From contig CBDIIB010000005.1 of NCBI GenBank assembly GCA_965279525.1, positions 481,464-545,463 on the forward strand: a stretch of DNA of 64,000 bases. Reading direction: 5' to 3'. Position 1 is the first letter of the stretch. Each line of letters opens with the position of its first letter. The notes beneath the pieces are model-generated. The model was not told the DNA's origin. It worked only from the letters and a program-made list of their open reading frames with translations, and ran no database searches. Positions 57,917-64,000 of this stretch are shown piece after piece. The position numbers and the translations under genes are program-made. This DNA is from Tagaea sp. (GTDB taxonomy: Bacteria; Pseudomonadota; Alphaproteobacteria; CACIAM-22H2).

Positions 57917-58399
57917 TCAGACCTGGCCGAGCATCGTTTCGGCGTTCGAGACCTCGAACGCGCCGGGCTTTTCGAGATTGAAGCTCTTGACCGTGCCGTC
58001 GACGACGTACATCGAGAAGCGCTTCATGCGCAGGCCCATGCCGTAGCCCGTGCCGTCCATCTCGATGCCGAGCGCTTTGGTGAGGTCGGCGTTGCCGTCG
58101 GCGAGCATCATCACCTTGTCGCCCACATTCTGCGCCTTGCCCCAGGCGTCCATGACGAACGCGTCGTTGACCGACACGCACGCGACGGTGTCCACGCCCT
58201 TGGCCTTCAGCGCTTCGAAATTCGTGACGAAGCCCGGCAGGTGCTTGGCCGAGCAGGTCGGCGTGAACGCGCCCGGCAGGCCGAAGATGGCGACCTTCTT
58301 GCCCTTGAAGATATCGTCGGTCGTCAGGTCCTTGATGCCGTCCTTGGTCATCGTCTTGAGCTTCACGGACGGGACCTTGTCGCCTGCCTGGATCGTCAT
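57917..58399 (-). CDS. Peroxiredoxin, Prx5 subfamily (paralog 2)
   Basis: The same KKVAIFGLPGAFTPTCSAKHLPGFV core. 114 of 160 positions are identical to paralog 1 in my hand alignment. Confidence 0.9.
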   Translation of the reverse strand: MTIQAGDKVPSVKLKTMTKDGIKDLTTDDIFKGKKVAIFGLPGAFTPTCSAKHLPGFVTNFEALKAKGVDTVACVSVNDAFVMDAWGKAQNVGDKVMMLADGNADLTKALGIEMDGTGYGMGLRMKRFSMYVVDGTVKSFNLEKPGAFEVSNAETMLGQV

Positions 58400-58490
58400 G
58401 GGGATTTCCTCTTGCCCGGAAGGGCTTTTGGTGGGGGAGTTCGGATCAAGGATTTAGAGTGGCCGGGGGCCGAATGCAACCCGGGTCCGG

Positions 58491-60575
58491 TCAGCGGGCG
58501 GCGGCCTGCGCCAGGGCGCCGAGGACGGCCTCGGCGGACAGCAGTTCGGGCAGAGCGAGGCCGCCGGGCGCGCCCGGCCCGTAGACCGCGTTGAACGGGA
58601 TGCCGTAGCGCCCGAATTCGGCCAGATAGGCGGCGATGCGCGGGTCGGGGCGCGTCCAGTCGGCGCGCAAGGACACGACCCCGTCGGATGCGAGTGCGGC
58701 CGCGACCTCGGCACGCGACAGCACCAGCCGCTTGTTGACCTGGCAGGTCACGCACCAGTCGGCCGTCACGTCGACGAACACGGTCTTGCCCTCAGCCACC
58801 GCCACGTCGATCGCACCACGCTCGAAACGTTGCCACGCGATGGCCGAGGTTTCGGGCGTGCGCTCGGGCACGTAGCCCAGCTTCGGCGGCAGGAACAAGG
58901 CGAGCAGCAGCACGCTGGCGACGAGGGCCACGCGCCCGCGCGCGGCCGGCGCGTTGCGAAGCGCGAACAGGCCGCCCGCGAGTGCGGCCAGTGCTGCGGC
59001 CAGCGTGCCGGCGGCGACAACGCCGAGTTGGCCCGCCAGCACCCACACGAGCCACGCGGCCGTGCCCGCCAGCGCCAGCCCCAACAGCTTGCGCAACACG
59101 CCGATCCACGGGCCGGGGCGCGGCAGCAGGCGGGCCGCCCCCGGGAACGCGGCGACGGCAAGATAGGGGGCGGCAAGACCTACGCCCAGGGCCACGAAAA
59201 TCGCGAGGATCTGCAGCGGCCCTTGCGCCAGCGCAAACCCGACCGCCGTGCCCACGAAGGGTGCCGAGCAGGGCGTGGCAAGCAGCGTGGCGAACGCGCC
59301 GGTCGCGAACGAGCCGGCGAGCTTGCGATTGCCGCCGATGTCCGAAAGCAGTGCCGGCAGCGGCACTTCGAACCAGCCCCACAGGTTGGCCGCGAACGCG
59401 ACGACGACCAGCGCCATCCCCGACAGGAACCATGGCTGCTGGAACTGCAGCCCCCAGCCCACCGCCTCACCGCCGAGCTTGAGACCGACGAGAGCGAGGG
59501 CGAGGCCGATGAACGCCGTGACGATGCCGGCGGCCGTCGCGAGGAACGCCATGCGCACGTCGCGTGCGCGTGTGGCATCGAGCGTGACGACGCTGGCAAG
59601 CTTCATCGCGAGCACCGGCAGCACGCACGGCATCAGGTTCAAGATCAGCCCGCCGAGAAGTGCCACCGCCAGCATCGCCAGCAGCGCCGCCGGCGGGGCT
59701 GCGGGTGGCGCATTGCCCAGCGCCACCGCCCGCTCGACCGCGCGCACGCCATCGACCAGCGTGAGCGTGACGTCTGCCCCGGCGCGCAAGGGGGCGGCCC
59801 CCGGCCCGCCGGCGGCGGGCACGGTCAGCGTTGCCGCCCGCCCGCCTTCGGCATAGCGCACGACGGGCTTGGCGAAGCTCCAGCCCGCCGGGCCTTCGAT
59901 ATAGACGTCCGGTGCCGCGAACGCCGGCTCGGCGCGCGCGCGCACGACGATGGCCGCGCCGGGACCGCCGCGGAAATCCGCCCCCTCGACGACGAGCCCG
60001 TTGGCCCCTGCCCCGGTCGCATCGACCGGCGGCACGGCGGAATCGAAGCGCGCGATGTCGTGCGCGTGCGCCGACGGCGTGCCCGGCCCCGCCGGCAGGC
60101 CAAGCGCCAGATCCGCGCGATAGGGAATGCACACGTCGGCGCACACAAGCAGGTCGACGCCGGCCTTCACGTCAAGGGCGGCACCCGGTATCGCAAGCGT
60201 CGCGTCGATCGGCAGGATGACCGTACCGCCGTAGCCGAACGTCTCGAGATCGAACAGTGTGAAACGCTCGGGCACCGGATAGCGCAGCCGGGCGCCACCG
60301 AGATTCGCCGACCCCGTCCAGTCGATCTCGACCGGCAGGCCCGCATCGCCCGGCGAACGCCAATAGGTTTTCCAGCCGGGCTTGAGCGCCATCTCCAGCC
60401 CGAGCCGCACGACGGGTGCCGAACCCGTCGCGGTCGTCGCGGAAACGAGGCGCACCGACACTTCCGGATGGCGTACCCAGCCCGAGGCCGATTCCTGTGC
60501 AAGTGCGGGGAAAGCCGCACACAGGAACGGCAACAAAACGGCAAGACGGCGGATCTGCAAAAGCATCGAATTCAT
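58491..60575 (-). CDS. DsbD/ScsB-family transmembrane thiol:disulfide reductase
   Basis: 694 aa. Signal peptide; N-terminal periplasmic domain with LLVCADVCIPY; membrane core LNLMPCVLPVL and LATPCSAPF; C-terminal thioredoxin fold with DWCVTCQ. Confidence 0.85.
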   Translation of the reverse strand: MNSMLLQIRRLAVLLPFLCAAFPALAQESASGWVRHPEVSVRLVSATTATGSAPVVRLGLEMALKPGWKTYWRSPGDAGLPVEIDWTGSANLGGARLRYPVPERFTLFDLETFGYGGTVILPIDATLAIPGAALDVKAGVDLLVCADVCIPYRADLALGLPAGPGTPSAHAHDIARFDSAVPPVDATGAGANGLVVEGADFRGGPGAAIVVRARAEPAFAAPDVYIEGPAGWSFAKPVVRYAEGGRAATLTVPAAGGPGAAPLRAGADVTLTLVDGVRAVERAVALGNAPPAAPPAALLAMLAVALLGGLILNLMPCVLPVLAMKLASVVTLDATRARDVRMAFLATAAGIVTAFIGLALALVGLKLGGEAVGWGLQFQQPWFLSGMALVVVAFAANLWGWFEVPLPALLSDIGGNRKLAGSFATGAFATLLATPCSAPFVGTAVGFALAQGPLQILAIFVALGVGLAAPYLAVAAFPGAARLLPRPGPWIGVLRKLLGLALAGTAAWLVWVLAGQLGVVAAGTLAAALAALAGGLFALRNAPAARGRVALVASVLLLALFLPPKLGYVPERTPETSAIAWQRFERGAIDVAVAEGKTVFVDVTADWCVTCQVNKRLVLSRAEVAAALASDGVVSLRADWTRPDPRIAAYLAEFGRYGIPFNAVYGPGAPGGLALPELLSAEAVLGALAQAAAR

Positions 60576-60592
60576 GCTATTCTAGTATAGTC

Positions 60593-61171
60593 ATGCCGCG
60601 CTCGCACATCGAGATCCCGACCTTCTTCGCCGGCCACCTGCTGGTCGCCATGCCGTCGATGTCCGATTCGCGCTTCGAACGCACCGTCATCTACATGTGC
60701 GCGCACAACCCGGACGGCGCCATGGGCCTCGTCATCAACAAGCCGTTCGAGCAGCTGAGCTTCCCCGACCTGCTCGAACAGCTCAACATCGATGCCGGCC
60801 CGCGCACCAAGCAGATCCGCCTGCGCGCCGGCGGCCCGGTCGAGGCGGGGCGCGGCTTCGTGCTCCATTCGGACGACTACATGCATGACGGCTCGATGCG
60901 CGTGCTGCCGGGCATCGCCCTCACCGCCACGGTCGACATCCTGAAAGCGCTGGCGACCGGTTCGGGCCCGCGCAAGTCGCTGCTGGCCCTTGGCTGTGCC
61001 GGCTGGTCGGCCGGCCAGCTCGAAGGCGAGATCCAGCGCAACGGCTGGCTTACCGTTCCCGCCGACGACGACATCGTCTTCGACCCCGAACTCGATTCGA
61101 TCTGGGAACGGGCACTGGGCAGGGTCGGCATCTCCGTCAGCTTCCTGTCCGGCCAGGCCGGGCACGCCTAA
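60593..61171 (+). CDS. YqgE/AlgH family protein
   Basis: Internal ATG of ORF 60416..61171. FAGHLLVAMPSMSDSRFERTVIYMCAHNPDGAMGLVINKP...GGPVEAGRGFVLHS...GCAGWSAGQLEGEI. Confidence 0.85.
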   Translation: MPRSHIEIPTFFAGHLLVAMPSMSDSRFERTVIYMCAHNPDGAMGLVINKPFEQLSFPDLLEQLNIDAGPRTKQIRLRAGGPVEAGRGFVLHSDDYMHDGSMRVLPGIALTATVDILKALATGSGPRKSLLALGCAGWSAGQLEGEIQRNGWLTVPADDDIVFDPELDSIWERALGRVGISVSFLSGQAGHA

Positions 61172-62430
61172 GCAGCGATCTTCGCCGCGATGTCGGCAAG
61201 CCGGTCGAGCTTCGCCAGCGGCCCGAGGGCCGCGAGCGTGGGCTTGCCGGCGAGGATGCGGGTCGCGACGCGCGCGATGTCCTCGGCCGTCACCGCCTCG
61301 ACCTTCGCCGAGACTTCCTCCGGCGTGATGTCGCGCCCGAAGATCAGCAGATTGGCCCCCAGCGCATCCATGCGCGCGTTGGTGCTTTCGAGCGACATCA
61401 GCAGGCCGGCGCGCATCTGCGCCTTGGCGCGGCGCACTTCGGATGCCTGCGGCAGCGCACGCGCCCCGCGCAGCTCGGACACGAGGGCCGGGATCAGCTC
61501 TTCCATCTCGCGCTCGCCCGTCCCCGTATAGACATCGAACACGCCGCCGTCGGCGAACGACGAGGCGTGCGACGAGATCGAGTAGCACAGCCCCCGCTTC
61601 TCGCGGATTTCCTGGAACAGGCGCGAGGACATGCCCCCGCCCAGCAACGTGGCGAAGACCTGCACGGCCCAGTAATCGGCATCGCGCACGCCCACGCCGG
61701 GAAAACCCAGCACCAGATGCGCCTGCTCGAGATCGCTGTCGTCGCGGAACTCGCCGCCCAGATAGCGCGCGGGCTCGTCGCTGGCCGTTCCCGTCCCCTG
61801 CCACTTGCCAAACAGCTCGGCCGTGCGCGCGACGAGATGTGCGGGATCGAGATTGCCCGAGGCCGCGATCACGACGTTGCCGGGCGCGTAGATGCCCTTG
61901 CGCCAGTCCAACGCCGCCGCACGCGGCAGCTTCTTGATGATCTCGGCGGTGCCCAGCACCGGCCGGCCGATGGCCTGGCCGGGGAACGCGGTTTCCTGGA
62001 AGCGGTCGAAGATCACGTCGTCGGGCGTGTCCTCGACCTGGCCGAGCTCCTGCAGGATCACGCCGCGCTCGCGCTCGAACTCGGCCGGATCGAAGACCGA
62101 GTTGAGGAAGATGTCGGCGAGGATGTCGAGCGCCAGGTCGGAATCTTCCTTCAGGCACTTGATGTAATAGGCGGTCTGCTCGCGGCCCGTGTGCGCGTTC
62201 ATGAACGCGCCGACATTCTCGATTTCCTCGGCGATCGCCTTGGCGTCGCGCCGGGCCGTGCCCTTGAACGCCATGTGCTCGAGCATGTGGGCGACCCCGT
62301 TGAGGGCCGCCGGCTCGTGGCGCGTACCCGCCCCGACGTAGACGCCGATCGAGACGGTCTCGACATGGTCCATGCGGTCGGAGGCCACGCGCAGGCCGCC
62401 GGGGAGCGTGTCGATGCGCACGCTGGTCAT
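61168..62430 (-). CDS. M16 family zinc peptidase (pitrilysin-like)
   Basis: Internal ATG (complement of 62428-62430) of ORF 61168..62733, in ATGA overlap with thrC. GVAHMLEHMAFKGT (HxxEH zinc motif). Confidence 0.88.
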   Translation of the reverse strand: MTSVRIDTLPGGLRVASDRMDHVETVSIGVYVGAGTRHEPAALNGVAHMLEHMAFKGTARRDAKAIAEEIENVGAFMNAHTGREQTAYYIKCLKEDSDLALDILADIFLNSVFDPAEFERERGVILQELGQVEDTPDDVIFDRFQETAFPGQAIGRPVLGTAEIIKKLPRAAALDWRKGIYAPGNVVIAASGNLDPAHLVARTAELFGKWQGTGTASDEPARYLGGEFRDDSDLEQAHLVLGFPGVGVRDADYWAVQVFATLLGGGMSSRLFQEIREKRGLCYSISSHASSFADGGVFDVYTGTGEREMEELIPALVSELRGARALPQASEVRRAKAQMRAGLLMSLESTNARMDALGANLLIFGRDITPEEVSAKVEAVTAEDIARVATRILAGKPTLAALGPLAKLDRLADIAAKIAA

Positions 62431-63830
62431 GCGCGCCTCGCGGCGGCGACGAATTCTTTCAGCTTCGTGATGTCGTTGGGCAGGCGCGTGACTCGTTCGG
62501 GCCGCGTCATGAGGTCGGCCAGATGCGGCGGCAGCTTCGGGCGCACGCCCGACGCCTTCTCGACCGCGTCGGGGAACTTGGCCGGGTGCGCCGTGGACGC
62601 CACGACCATGGGCATGCCCTCGCGCTTTGCCTTGCGCGCCACGTGCAGTGCCACGGCCGTATGCGTGTCGACCAGTTCGCCCGAGTGACGCCACGTGTCG
62701 CGGATCTCGCCAAGCGTGGCCGCATCGTCGCACACGCCGGAATCGAACTCGGCGGCGAGGCCGGCATGCATGTTCTGCGGAAACTCGAGCCGGCCGGATT
62801 TGCGGAACCCGGCCATCATCGATGCGGTCGTGATCCCGTCGCGGCCGGCAAGCTCGAACACCATGCGCTCGAAATTGGACGAGACCTGCACGTCCATCGA
62901 CGGCGACACGGTCGGCGCCACGGTTTCCAGCGCCATGTGGCCGCTGGCGATCGTGCGCGCCATGATGTCATTGCGGTTGGTCGCCACGACCAGCCGGTCG
63001 AGGGGAAGCCCCATGCGCTTGGCGGCATAGGCGGCGAGCACGTTGCCGAAATTGCCCGTCGGCACGCAGAAGCTCACTTTCCGGTCGGGTGCCCCCAGCG
63101 ACAGAGCCGCATGCGCGTAATAGGCGATCTGCGCGGCGACGCGCGCCCAGTTGATCGAGTTGACCGCCGACAGGTTATGCGCGTCGCGGAACGCGAGATC
63201 GTTGAACATCGCCTTCACGGCGTCCTGGCAATCGTCGAACGTGCCGTCGAGCGCCACGTTGTGGATGTTCGCGGCCAGCACCGTCGTCATCTGCCGGCGC
63301 TGCACGTCGGACACGCGGCCGTGGGGATGGAGCATCACGACATCGACCGCCGCCCGGTCGAGACACGCGGCGATGGCGGCCGAGCCGGTATCGCCCGACG
63401 TGGCGCCGATGACGGTCACGCGCGTGCCCCGCTTCGTCAGCACGTGGTCGAACAGCCGGCCGACGAGCTGGAGGGCGAAATCCTTGAAGGCGAGCGTGGG
63501 GCCGTGGAACAGCTCCATCGTCCACAGACCGGGGCCAAGCTGCTTGAGCGGGGCGACGGCCGGATGGCCGAACGTGGCCTGGCTATAGGTCTCGCGGCAG
63601 ATGCGCAGCAGGTCCGCGTCGGCGATCGTGCCGCCGACGAACGGGCGCATCACGGCATAGGCGATGTCGGCATAGGGCCGGTCGCGCAGCGCACGCCATT
63701 CGGCGGGCGAGAATTGCGGCCAGTGCTCGGGCACATAGAGGCCGCCGTCGCGCGCGAGGCCGGCGAGCAGCACGTCGTCGAAGGCAAGGACCGGGGCCGT
63801 CCCGCGGGTCGAGATATAGCGCAACCGCAT
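62427..63830 (-). CDS. thrC: Threonine synthase
   Basis: MRLRYISTRG...LFHGPTLAFKDFALQ (PLP Lys)...GATSGDTGSAA. I prefer the ATG at complement of 63828-63830 by N-terminal homology, although AGGAG abuts it. The track start 63884 is the alternative. Confidence 0.9.
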   Translation of the reverse strand: MRLRYISTRGTAPVLAFDDVLLAGLARDGGLYVPEHWPQFSPAEWRALRDRPYADIAYAVMRPFVGGTIADADLLRICRETYSQATFGHPAVAPLKQLGPGLWTMELFHGPTLAFKDFALQLVGRLFDHVLTKRGTRVTVIGATSGDTGSAAIAACLDRAAVDVVMLHPHGRVSDVQRRQMTTVLAANIHNVALDGTFDDCQDAVKAMFNDLAFRDAHNLSAVNSINWARVAAQIAYYAHAALSLGAPDRKVSFCVPTGNFGNVLAAYAAKRMGLPLDRLVVATNRNDIMARTIASGHMALETVAPTVSPSMDVQVSSNFERMVFELAGRDGITTASMMAGFRKSGRLEFPQNMHAGLAAEFDSGVCDDAATLGEIRDTWRHSGELVDTHTAVALHVARKAKREGMPMVVASTAHPAKFPDAVEKASGVRPKLPPHLADLMTRPERVTRLPNDITKLKEFVAAARRA

Positions 63831-63914
63831 CTCCTGGATGTCCGTCGAGCGGCGGACGTTAGTGCGCCCGGACGGCTGGTGCAACGTCGCCGAAACACGT
63901 TTTACTTCAAAGAG

Positions 63915-64000
63915 CTAGGAGTCGAGATACCGCGCCTTCAGATGCGCCTTGAAGATCGCGGCGTCGAGCGGGCGGCCGGTAGCGCGCACCAGCATCTCGC
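63915..64000 (-). CDS. 3' end of a gene whose start lies beyond the window; possibly an M32 carboxypeptidase
   Basis: My reverse translation ends ...EMLVRATGRPLDAAIFKAHLKARYLDS-stop (TAG, complement of 63915-63917). The TG.pL...F..hL..rY pattern resembles M32 C-termini, but 28 codons are too few to be sure. Confidence 0.3.
   Translation of the reverse strand, partial: EMLVRATGRPLDAAIFKAHLKARYLDS

Overview
Very GC-rich, densely packed chromosomal segment that reads as core genome of an alphaproteobacterium; I cannot place it more precisely. Evidence for that placement: class-I LysRS, a split F0 operon (atpI-B-E-b'-b), CtaA, a DUF721/DciA-type gene between mutY and dsbA/smc, groESL with a CIRCE element and a sigma-32-type promoter, and a tandem glycine riboswitch ahead of gcvT-H-PA-PB. 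I support about 62 protein genes, one of which (ileS) is missing from the ORF track because it runs off the window start. I also call one tandem riboswitch, several intrinsic terminators, a few promoter-like sites, one CIRCE operator and one candidate Zur box. I found no rRNA, tRNA, CRISPR array, transposase, integrase or phage genes. Most long ORFs in the track are Arg/Ala/Gly/Pro-rich shadow frames of the real genes, and many real genes start at internal codons of their track ORFs. There is no clear defence island or mobile element. The second-look items, in rough order: (1) a marR-led operon encoding a 1150-aa fusion of NfnB/GltD-like and NfnA/PyrK-like redox modules with an unassignable N-terminal domain, followed by a Liv-type ABC importer; (2) a ~300-nt leader with a helically phased GTTGAC/TGACGG motif array upstream of a small ACT-like gene and ileS; (3) a 315-nt non-coding gap after the atp operon with a perfect 10-bp hairpin that hides a Shine-Dalgarno and start codon; (4) a strong promoter-like site followed almost at once by a terminator upstream of atpI; (5) tandem Prx5 paralogs; (6) a His-rich tail on ZnuC; (7) an unusual number of convergent genes sharing a CTAG stop-stop overlap. 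All functional calls rest on motif recognition by eye, since no database search was possible.
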